Shown in pieces: positions 34,866 to 43,015 of a DNA stretch of 64,000 nt (the first letter of the stretch is position 1; each line of letters opens with the position of its first letter). The position numbers and the translations under genes were made by a program. Origin of the DNA: a virus; the IMG/VR virus record IMGVR_UViG_3300028384_001071, positions 37,565 to 101,564 of that record; one strand, 5' to 3'. A model generated the notes under the pieces. The model saw nothing but the letters and a program-made list of their open reading frames with translations, had not been told where the DNA came from and made no database searches.

Positions 34866-34971
34866 AGGGCCGGATGATTGATGGTTATCGCTGCCAAACC
34901 TTAGCGACGGTGGAGAGGCCACGTAATGGGTTCGATTCCCACGTTAATCCCGTCATTCTCTAACATGCCTT
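34866..34971 (+). ncRNA. Y-RNA-like RNA G (normal orientation, internal T-loop hairpin; YrlA-like)
   Basis: AGGGC-CGGA-TGATTGATG-GTTATC...TGGG-TTCGATT-CCCA...CCGTCATTC-TCTAACAT-GCCTT. Confidence 0.75.
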
Positions 34972-35103
34972 ACTTTCTATGAATGAAATCCCAGATGAGT
35001 TCAGCGGTACGCTGAGCAACAGATGAAGAAGATCAGGAGGCAGCACTGCTCGCAGTGGCAGCCCCTGATCTATATTGCATCGAATATCTCTTGAGAGTCT
35101 TCA

Positions 35104-35283
35104 ATGATTCGATTCATAGCCGTCAACCCTAACGGGCAACTGATTGACAGCACTTTAAGATGTCAAGAGCAATCTTCAAGAACCGCACTGCTAGCATATC
35201 TCGCAGTTCGAGATGAGAGGTGGGATGACCTAGTCGCGGAAGGCTGGTCCATCAAAGAAGTCACTATCACTCTGGCCGAATAA
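35104..35283 (+). CDS. Small hypothetical protein (59 aa)
   Basis: MIRFIAVNPNG...EGWSIKEVTITLAE; its stop abuts the Ro60 RBS. Confidence 0.5.
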   Translation: MIRFIAVNPNGQLIDSTLRCQEQSSRTALLAYLAVRDERWDDLVAEGWSIKEVTITLAE

Positions 35284-35294
35284 GGAGAATATCC

Positions 35295-36881
35295 ATGCCA
35301 GCAGGAAACCTCGCGAAGCACGTATCAACCCGCCGAACACCTCAAACCCAACGGTCACAACCTGATGAGGTTGTGAACAACGCAGGTGGATTCGTCTTCC
35401 AACTCGACAAGTGGAAGCGTCTGGAACGCTTCCTGATCCTCGGCTCAGACGGCGGGACTTATTACGCCAATGAGCGAGATCTAACCATCGACAATGCACA
35501 AGTCATCAACGACTGTGCTTCCGAAGATGGACGTAAGACAGTTGATGTCATCTGCGAGATTTCGCAGGCCGGACGAGCACCGAAGAACGACCCAGCCATC
35601 TTCGCGATGGCAATGCTCGCAGGTTATGCCGATGACAATACTCGCAAGTATGCACTTGCGAATCTGAACCGAGTGTGTCGTATCGGTACACACCTCTTCC
35701 AGTTCGTCGATGCTGTCGAGAACTTCCGAGGATGGGGACGTGGACTGCGTAGAGCAGTCGGAGCGTGGTACACGGACAAGGATGCCAATCGACTGGCATA
35801 CCAAGTTACGAAGTACCAACAACGAGGTGGCTGGTCACACCGGGATGTACTCCGGTTGGCACACCCAGTCACTGAGAACGCCGAACTAACCGATGTCATC
35901 AAGTATGCAGCCGGGAAGTCCCATGATGGGACTAACCGCCTGATTGAAGGCGTCGAAGAAGTAAAGCGAGCGGGTAGTGCCAGCGAAGTGGTTCGGCTCA
36001 TTACCGAATATGGCCTCGTCCGAGAGCATGTACCAACCGAATGGTTGGGTGACGTGCAGGTGTGGGAAGCTCTCGTCGAGAAGATGCCAATCACTGCGAT
36101 GATCCGGAACTTGGGTAAGATGACCAGCAATGGTCTCCTCACTCCGATGAGCAACGCAGCGATGAAGGTCATCGCCAATCTTCGCGACGTCGAGAAACTG
36201 CGGCAGGGACGGGTACACCCGCTCGCTGTTCTTACCGCAATGAAGGTTTACTCTCAAGGTAAGGGAATCCGTGGCAGCCTGTCTTGGACACCTGTCAGTC
36301 AGATTTCCGATGCCTTGGACGACGCCTTCTATGCTTCGTTCGGAGTGATCGAGCCAGCCAATAAGCGGACGCTGATTGGTCTCGATGTGTCTGGATCAAT
36401 GTACGGAGGTTGGGGTGGTGATATCCAAGGAAGCCCACTCTGTGCAGCAGAAGCCTCAGCCGCAATGGCAATGGTTTCTGCAAGAACCGAGCCGTTCTTC
36501 CAGTTGATGGCTTTCTCCGATACGTTCCGTGACGTTACGTTCGGGGCCAAGTCAAGACTGGATGATGTACTTTCACGAACACGAAATATGACCTTCGGTT
36601 GTACTGACTGTTCACTTCCAATGATCTATGCGTCGGAGAACAACATTGATGTTGACACGTTCATGGTGCTCACCGACAGTGAGACGTATGCCGGAAGTAT
36701 CAAACCTCACCAAGCAATCCAACAATATCGTCAGAAGACGGGCATCCCTGCGAAGCTCGTTGTCGTCGGTATGACAGCGACCGGATTCAGCATTGCTGAT
36801 CCGAACGATGCCGGAATGCTTGATGTAGTGGGGTTTGACACGGCCGCTCCAAACATCATTTCCGACTTCTCGCGAAGCTAA
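35295..36881 (+). CDS. rsr: Ro60/TROVE-domain RNA-binding protein
   Basis: NNAGGFVF, RFLILGSDGGTYY, TKYQQRGGWSHRDVLRLAHP, MPITAMIRNLGKMT; vWA MIDAS DVSGSM, TDCSLPM, TDSET; GMLDVVGFD. Confidence 0.95.
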   Translation: MPAGNLAKHVSTRRTPQTQRSQPDEVVNNAGGFVFQLDKWKRLERFLILGSDGGTYYANERDLTIDNAQVINDCASEDGRKTVDVICEISQAGRAPKNDPAIFAMAMLAGYADDNTRKYALANLNRVCRIGTHLFQFVDAVENFRGWGRGLRRAVGAWYTDKDANRLAYQVTKYQQRGGWSHRDVLRLAHPVTENAELTDVIKYAAGKSHDGTNRLIEGVEEVKRAGSASEVVRLITEYGLVREHVPTEWLGDVQVWEALVEKMPITAMIRNLGKMTSNGLLTPMSNAAMKVIANLRDVEKLRQGRVHPLAVLTAMKVYSQGKGIRGSLSWTPVSQISDALDDAFYASFGVIEPANKRTLIGLDVSGSMYGGWGGDIQGSPLCAAEASAAMAMVSARTEPFFQLMAFSDTFRDVTFGAKSRLDDVLSRTRNMTFGCTDCSLPMIYASENNIDVDTFMVLTDSETYAGSIKPHQAIQQYRQKTGIPAKLVVVGMTATGFSIADPNDAGMLDVVGFDTAAPNIISDFSRS

Positions 36882-36886
36882 TTCAT

Positions 36887-36920
36887 AGGCCGCTGCCCTG
36901 TAATGGGGCAGCGGCCTTTC
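36887..36920 (+). terminator. Intrinsic terminator after Ro60
   Basis: AGGCCGCTGCCC-loop-GGGCAGCGGCCT-TTC. Confidence 0.75.
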
Positions 36921-36927
36921 TGCATCT

Positions 36928-37209
36928 ATGGTTGAATTCAAAACACCCAAAGCCAATAGCCCGATCAATCGGGAAAGACTCGCACTATTCCTATCCCCGA
37001 TGATCGAAGGATCATTCACCACGAACTTCCGCCCTTATACGATCAACAATGATGACTGCCATTGGTCATTAGCATCATCGAATAATTGGTTCTTGACTAT
37101 CGCAGAAGACAACATGTCATTCATGATACGTCATCGATACTCCGAAGACAAAGCGGAAGCCTTCGCTATGTGGATCGATGCACGTACAGGGTACATAAGG
37201 ATGAAATGA
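36928..37209 (+). CDS. Hypothetical protein
   Basis: ORF coupled to the next gene by an ATGA overlap. Confidence 0.55.
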   Translation: MVEFKTPKANSPINRERLALFLSPMIEGSFTTNFRPYTINNDDCHWSLASSNNWFLTIAEDNMSFMIRHRYSEDKAEAFAMWIDARTGYIRMK

Positions 37210-37721
37210 CACCTCAAGCATTCCTGATCGGACGTCCTGATTTCGACGTCGATAACTACCTTGTAGCTGCAAAGCAAGCACTCGGGTACAGCTTGACATT
37301 ACCTCAAGGTCGAGGCAAGCACGAGCCATCATCGGTCTTAACGATGCTAGCTCAGCTACAGAATGGAAACGCAACGATAGCTAACACCCTTGAAGATCCG
37401 GGGCATCTACTCCGGCACCTACACTACACATTCCTCATTGCTTGCGATCCATCCACTCGTGTCGACCTAATTCAGAGAACACCACTAGCCATCGAGTACA
37501 CCTCAACCGGGCGTGGAATGGACATGGCAGTCTTATCAGGAAACCTTGAAGAGTGGCGAACCTCTGTGATCAATTGCTGCTCTGATCAATCACCGTATCA
37601 AACACGTCTAATGTTTGATGTAATCCTTGTCAAGTTCGAAGGCGAAGGCTTAGCGAAACTATGGTCGAGGTATCAGAAGAAGACAATGCCCGATCAAACA
37701 ATCAGACTCATCGAGAGGTAA
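37206..37721 (+). CDS. Degenerate ThyX-fold-like protein
   Basis: HLHYTFLI and LSGNLEEWR...CC...TRLMF echo ThyX segments, but the RHR motif is absent. Confidence 0.4.
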   Translation: MTPQAFLIGRPDFDVDNYLVAAKQALGYSLTLPQGRGKHEPSSVLTMLAQLQNGNATIANTLEDPGHLLRHLHYTFLIACDPSTRVDLIQRTPLAIEYTSTGRGMDMAVLSGNLEEWRTSVINCCSDQSPYQTRLMFDVILVKFEGEGLAKLWSRYQKKTMPDQTIRLIER

Positions 37722-37722
37722 C

Positions 37723-39807
37723 ATGAAACCGTGGCAGCTCGCTTCTTGGCAGGAAGGCCAAGAACTTGCCTTCAAATGGATTGTAGGCAAATTCAAGAAA
37801 CCGATAACAATCACACGTAAAGGTCAACGCCTGTGGTTGAAGTTCCCATTCTCCCGCCCAATCATGGCGGAAATCAAGACTTCATTCGTCGGTTACAAGT
37901 GGCACGGTTATGAGACACCGGCCATCAAGCAGTGGAGTGTGAAGCACTGCCCACACAATTGGTTCCAAATCTTGTACCTCGCAGGGTTCAATCCATACGC
38001 CCCGTACGATGAGCCTCTGATCCCTTGGGAAGCATTCGGTGAAGCTGATGATGGCGGTCGATACCGATACAAGATCGGTGACCACCAAACACGACACCTG
38101 TATCGGCACCAAGCCGAGACAGTCAGTCACATCCTGACCCGGAAATACTGCCTACTGGCGGAAGAGATGGGGACAGGTAAGACGCTCGCAGCTATCGAAG
38201 CGATGGAAGCGTCAGGCAAACGTGACTGGTTGTTCGTCGGTCCGAGATCAGCGTTGACGAGTGTTGAGATGGAGTTCCGGAAATGGGACTCACCCATCAT
38301 GCCAACATTCTGCACGTACTCATCACTTCAGAAACACAATGAAGAATGGGATGGTCGCCCAGTCTACGAAGGCATCGTCTTTGACGAGTCTTCACGAGTA
38401 AAGAACCCCGTCACAAAGCGAAGTATCGCCGCCCAGTATCTTGCGGATGCAGTCCGTGAAGAACACGGTGACGACGGGTATGTCATTGAGATGTCTGGCT
38501 CGCCTGCTCCGAAGGCCCCTACAGACTGGTATAGCCAGTGTGAAATTGCGATGCCAGGCTTCCTCAAGGAAGGTCACGTTTCCAAGCTGAAGGATCGACT
38601 CGCAGTCATTCACCAACGAGAGTCGGTGACAGGCGGAGCATATCCTCACTTGGTCACGTGGCTGGATGACGCCAATAAATGCACCGTCTGTGGTGAATAC
38701 GAGGATCATGAATATCATGATGCAGTATATGCGATGGAACGTGATCAGGAAGGATCACCGTACCACGTATACAAGCCAGCAGGCATCAATGAAGTCGAGA
38801 ACATGTACAAGAGGATGAAGGGACTCGTCATCGTCAAGTTCAAGAAAGATTGCTTGGACCTGCCTGCGAAGCAGTACCGAATCATCCATTGCAAACCTCG
38901 CAAGAAGACAATGGCGGCGGCAAAGATCATCAGTCGTACGGCACCAAGTACAATCAAAGCACTCACGATGCTACGCCAGTTGTCCGATGGGTTCCAATAC
39001 TCAGAAGAGGAAGTCGGACGGGAAACATGCGGCGTGTGTCATGGGAAGCGTACAATCAATCAGCCCAACTATGTTGGTCCTGAGAAAACTGTCAAGTTCC
39101 TAAGGGAAATTAACTCACTACCAAGCTGGTACGACGGTCACGAGATGACGGACGAGGCAGTCCTGCAAGAAGTGATCATTGACCCGTCAGACCATCCAGA
39201 CTACTTCCAGTGGTTGGATGTCGCCTGCCCTAACTGTAAAGGTACTGGTGAGCAGGTCGTGTATCAGAGATCAACCGACACTGTGAGATGTCCGAAGATC
39301 GATGCCCTCGAAGAACTACTCGATGAGCATGACGATGTCGGACGTATCGTACTGTTCGGAGGATTCACGGGATCAGTCGACATCTGCGTCGATACCGTGA
39401 CCAAGGTCGGTTGGGATTGGATTCGTGTTGACGGTCGAGGATGGGCCAGTAGTATTGAAGGTCTTGATCGTGTCGGAATGCTGGAAGCATTCCAGAACGA
39501 GAAGATCAAGCACAAGCGAATAGCATTCATTGGTCAGCCGGGTGCGGCAGGTATGGGTCTAACCCTGACAGCAGCACCGACCATTGTCTACTACTCGAAC
39601 GACTTCAATGCGGAATCCCGAATCCAGTCTGAGGATCGTATCCACCGTCCCGGTATGGACTTGAACCTTGGAGCGACGATCATCGACTTGATCCACTTGC
39701 CATCTGACGAGTATGTGCTGAACAACCTGCAAGCGAAGCGGGAACTTCAGAGCATGTCGATGGGTGATCTGAAGGATGCCTTCGAGGAATATCCTGATGA
39801 GGATTAG
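37723..39807 (+). CDS. SNF2-family (SF2) helicase with Zn-binding inserts
   Basis: EEMGTGKT, FDES, MSGSP, AGMGLTLT and QSEDRIHRPG motifs. Confidence 0.9.
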   Translation: MKPWQLASWQEGQELAFKWIVGKFKKPITITRKGQRLWLKFPFSRPIMAEIKTSFVGYKWHGYETPAIKQWSVKHCPHNWFQILYLAGFNPYAPYDEPLIPWEAFGEADDGGRYRYKIGDHQTRHLYRHQAETVSHILTRKYCLLAEEMGTGKTLAAIEAMEASGKRDWLFVGPRSALTSVEMEFRKWDSPIMPTFCTYSSLQKHNEEWDGRPVYEGIVFDESSRVKNPVTKRSIAAQYLADAVREEHGDDGYVIEMSGSPAPKAPTDWYSQCEIAMPGFLKEGHVSKLKDRLAVIHQRESVTGGAYPHLVTWLDDANKCTVCGEYEDHEYHDAVYAMERDQEGSPYHVYKPAGINEVENMYKRMKGLVIVKFKKDCLDLPAKQYRIIHCKPRKKTMAAAKIISRTAPSTIKALTMLRQLSDGFQYSEEEVGRETCGVCHGKRTINQPNYVGPEKTVKFLREINSLPSWYDGHEMTDEAVLQEVIIDPSDHPDYFQWLDVACPNCKGTGEQVVYQRSTDTVRCPKIDALEELLDEHDDVGRIVLFGGFTGSVDICVDTVTKVGWDWIRVDGRGWASSIEGLDRVGMLEAFQNEKIKHKRIAFIGQPGAAGMGLTLTAAPTIVYYSNDFNAESRIQSEDRIHRPGMDLNLGATIIDLIHLPSDEYVLNNLQAKRELQSMSMGDLKDAFEEYPDED

Positions 39808-40165
39808 TTCGAGTGATGTCATCACCGATGAAGACCCTGAAAGAAGACAAGCTCTGTTGGATCTGATGTCAGGAACTACTATGGGTACTGGCGGTATGAC
39901 CGATGAAGAAACCGAACAACTCCGACGTGAGAACGCCCGACTGAAAGGGATGATATCAGAAGACTCCTTCTCGATATTCAAGACTGCTCTCAGTAAAGAT
40001 GATAGTTGGGCGTGGTCTTGGCATTGTAATCTTACGATGCTGATTCACGACTCAGGGGTTGATATCAAAACCTCTAATAGAAGAGCAGCCGAATTCATGA
40101 ATAGGACATTTGATATCGATGTCACCAAGTTTGATGAATGGAGGTTAGCTGATGTGGAAGACTAA
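39797..40165 (+). CDS. Hypothetical protein
   Basis: C-terminal AWSWHCNL...NRRAAEFMNRTFDIDVT; overlaps both neighbours. Confidence 0.55.
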   Translation: MRISSSDVITDEDPERRQALLDLMSGTTMGTGGMTDEETEQLRRENARLKGMISEDSFSIFKTALSKDDSWAWSWHCNLTMLIHDSGVDIKTSNRRAAEFMNRTFDIDVTKFDEWRLADVED

Positions 40166-40316
40166 CTTGAAACTGTGGCTAGTGCGACTGGTCCCAAGAT
40201 CGTGGTTGTACTGGTGTGTGATCCAAGCCTGGGCCTACACCACAACTGAGAAGCATACCGACCTAACACCGGGTGAAGTATCATGGGACATGGTCTGTGA
40301 CTACATGAGTTCATGA
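40152..40316 (+). CDS. Small hypothetical protein (54 aa)
   Basis: GGAGGT RBS; MWKTNLKLWLVRLVPRSWLYW... Confidence 0.5.
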   Translation: MWKTNLKLWLVRLVPRSWLYWCVIQAWAYTTTEKHTDLTPGEVSWDMVCDYMSS

Positions 40317-40343
40317 CTTGAAGAATTCGCCAAAGCATTAGGG

Positions 40344-40586
40344 ATGACTGTTGTGAGCACTCAAACAGACAAACGTTGGGCCGTATCACTGTATTGCCAG
40401 TCCGATGGTGAACTGAAGACTGAAGCCCACTACGCCGAGACTTGGCGGGAAGCATTACTGCAACACTCGAAAGTCGATTCCACTGAGAATCGAGGTTGGC
40501 AAGAAGGAATACCGAACGAGTTAGAACAAGCTAAACAATACTTCATCGATCTACATCAAGTGATTGATGTAATCCGAATCCACTGA
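40344..40586 (+). CDS. Hypothetical protein
   Basis: ORF in operon context. Confidence 0.5.
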   Translation: MTVVSTQTDKRWAVSLYCQSDGELKTEAHYAETWREALLQHSKVDSTENRGWQEGIPNELEQAKQYFIDLHQVIDVIRIH

Positions 40587-40594
40587 GGTGTGAC

Positions 40595-41281
40595 ATGAGA
40601 GCGTTACTGCTACTATTCCTGATCCCAAGTACGTTGCTTGCCCAAGACTGGAACATGATGGATGTCGTGCCAGTAGTCAAAGGTAAGTACGAGCCTTGGT
40701 TGGGGAATGAGACAAAGCGTCAAGATTACCACAATGCGATCTGCAAGGTAGAGTTGTCTGACTTAACCGGTGCAACAGGTTATGTCGTCAACAACACCTA
40801 TGTGATCACATGTTCCCATGTGGTTGCGAAACATCGAACAGCGAAGTGCCGATTCCTGACAAAGCAAGTCATCAGTGCGGTTGTCGTTCACAACGACGCC
40901 ACAGCAGATTTAGCGGTGCTAAGACTCAGGAATGTAGCACCCGCATCTTTGAAAGTCGCAAAGCGTATGCCAAGGATCGGCACCCCTCTCGAAGTCTGCG
41001 GGTATCCGTACTTCGACCCTATGAGACTGATGCACTGGAAGTCCCCGGTAATTGGTGTGACTCTGTATCGTAAGACAGATCCACTATACCTCCGAGGTGC
41101 AGTCGTATCAGGTCAAAGTGGCGGTCCGATCCTAAACGAGAACCATGAGGTTGTCGGAATGGTTCTGGGCGGTCATCTCCAAAAGTGGGTACCAATGCCC
41201 AAGACTCGTGATGGTAAGGTTCTCTTGAACTATCCCATCCGGGCTGGAAACTATACACAACTCCCAAGGTATGTCAGATGA
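40595..41281 (+). CDS. Secreted trypsin-like serine protease
   Basis: Signal peptide; catalytic triad in TCSHVV, ADLAVL and GQSGGP. Confidence 0.88.
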   Translation: MRALLLLFLIPSTLLAQDWNMMDVVPVVKGKYEPWLGNETKRQDYHNAICKVELSDLTGATGYVVNNTYVITCSHVVAKHRTAKCRFLTKQVISAVVVHNDATADLAVLRLRNVAPASLKVAKRMPRIGTPLEVCGYPYFDPMRLMHWKSPVIGVTLYRKTDPLYLRGAVVSGQSGGPILNENHEVVGMVLGGHLQKWVPMPKTRDGKVLLNYPIRAGNYTQLPRYVR

Positions 41282-42153
41282 CACATGATGTAGCCGAACA
41301 GGTGTTGAATGTACCACTCGCTGAAATCTTCAGCGACAGTGAATTCAACTGTCGTCAAGACTTGACCCCATTCGACGTGGGTGAGTTAGCGAAGAACATC
41401 AGTGAGAACGGTCTTCAACAACCAATCGTTATTCAACCTCACGATAACTGTCCGAAGCTCGGTCAGAAGTATCGTATTGTGATGGGGCACCGTCGCTTCA
41501 TGGCCCACGTCATGTTGCAAGCGAAGACCATCAAAGCAATCGTCCGTGACGGGTTGGATGATCAGACAGCATTCACATTGAACTTCGTCGAGAACATTCA
41601 GCGTAAAGACCTGAACATACTCGAAGAAGCCCAAGCCCTCCAGAGATTCCGACTATGGGGATTCACACAAGCTCAAACCTCGAAAGAGGTGGGCAAGTCG
41701 AAAGGCTGGGTGCAGACTCGATTCGCACTCCTTGACCTACCGTTGCAAATCCAACAGGAAGCAGCCGCAGGATTGCTAACGACCGAACAGGTCAAACATC
41801 TGGCGAGTCTGTCTCGTGATGACCAGTTCGAACTGGTGAAGCAAATCAAGGACGCGAAAGCGAAAGGTCAAGGCTTCAAGATCAAGAAGAAGCAGACCAA
41901 GAAACTGGACCCTCACAAGAAGCAAGTCCGATCCGCCGACTCAGTCGAACATGTCAAAAACATGATCTACGATGCACTCGGACCTTGTGAGTTCACGAGA
42001 GCATTGGCATGGGCCTGTGGTCATATCAGCAGTGTTGATTTCCTATCGGATGTCAAACAGTTCGCTGATGACAACTGCAAACCATTCGTCATTCCTGCAA
42101 CACTCATCGACCCACTGTTCTTACCTGATCGGCTCAAACAGAATGACCATTGA
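41278..42153 (+). CDS. ParB/Spo0J-family protein (second copy)
   Basis: ENGLQQPIVI, MGHRRFMA, ENIQRKDLNILEEA and an HTH. Confidence 0.9.
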   Translation: MTHDVAEQVLNVPLAEIFSDSEFNCRQDLTPFDVGELAKNISENGLQQPIVIQPHDNCPKLGQKYRIVMGHRRFMAHVMLQAKTIKAIVRDGLDDQTAFTLNFVENIQRKDLNILEEAQALQRFRLWGFTQAQTSKEVGKSKGWVQTRFALLDLPLQIQQEAAAGLLTTEQVKHLASLSRDDQFELVKQIKDAKAKGQGFKIKKKQTKKLDPHKKQVRSADSVEHVKNMIYDALGPCEFTRALAWACGHISSVDFLSDVKQFADDNCKPFVIPATLIDPLFLPDRLKQNDH

Positions 42154-42472
42154 AGAATTCGTCGAGCGAGAAATACCCGTCAACGAGATTACAGACAATC
42201 TCGAAAAGCGAGGCTTGATCGCTATCCGGGGACACCGGCCCATTGCTCCGGGGCCGTGGAATCTAGTTGCTGCTGATCTCGAAAGAGTACTCAACGTCAT
42301 TGTGACGAGTGTCAGCCACGTACAACTGAATCAGTTCAAGAAAGCGGATGCTAATGAGCAGGGCTTCGTCGATGCGAAGTCAATGCAAGCACACTACAAA
42401 CGAGTCTATGGTGACGTGCACAGAACAGACACGTTCACCGTAATCCGATGGGAACCGCCATGCGAAGAGTAA
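42143..42472 (+). CDS. ASCH-domain-like protein
   Basis: IRG...DANEQGF...MQAHYKRVY...TVIRW pattern. Confidence 0.55.
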   Translation: MTIEEFVEREIPVNEITDNLEKRGLIAIRGHRPIAPGPWNLVAADLERVLNVIVTSVSHVQLNQFKKADANEQGFVDAKSMQAHYKRVYGDVHRTDTFTVIRWEPPCEE

Positions 42473-42564
42473 TTCTGTCGATCGTATTTGTCATGACCAC
42501 AACGATGTTCACCGGTTGCGATAGTTGCACTTGTACAAACTCACAACCCTTAGCACAACACTAG
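42460..42564 (+). CDS. Possible small lipoprotein (34 aa)
   Basis: MRRVILSIVFVMTTTMFTGC resembles a lipobox. Confidence 0.3.
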   Translation: MRRVILSIVFVMTTTMFTGCDSCTCTNSQPLAQH

Positions 42565-42712
42565 CCTACTGCTGCTGCCCTGAAGAAGCTATGGATCTCG
42601 CGGATCAATACGCAATAACCCATCGACGTGTCAAGGTCATTGAAATGGCCCGCAACGCCACGATTTACGATGTGGAAATACCAATCTTGATAATACACGG
42701 TTTGAGGATACG

Positions 42713-43015
42713 ATGAACGCGTTCATGCAGAAGATGCAAACAGAGCGGGAATACCAGAAGTCTCGCAACTGGGGCGACGAACATAACACCGCAGGTATGT
42801 GGTGTATGTACATTGCCAATTACATGACACGGTTTGCAATGCCGATGTCATTCGACAAGTCAAAGTACAACTTCGGTACTTGCATGGTCAAAGCCGCGAC
42901 ACTGTGCATGGCAGCCTACGAATGGTGGGAGAGTCGAGGTGGCGACACCGATGCAGAAACAGTGCCCGCCAAAGTCTCAGCGAACGCGACACCGGAACAG
43001 GACAGCTTGTTCTAA
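42713..43015 (+). CDS. Hypothetical protein
   Basis: GAGGA RBS; EREYQ...WG...MVKAATLCMAAYE. Confidence 0.6.
   Translation: MNAFMQKMQTEREYQKSRNWGDEHNTAGMWCMYIANYMTRFAMPMSFDKSKYNFGTCMVKAATLCMAAYEWWESRGGDTDAETVPAKVSANATPEQDSLF

Noticed and set aside
33227-34971. CRISPR array interpretation of the recurring GGCCGGA...GTTATC motif
   Set aside because: Copies are not identical, spacing is irregular, stems covary like structured RNA, and no cas operon is present.
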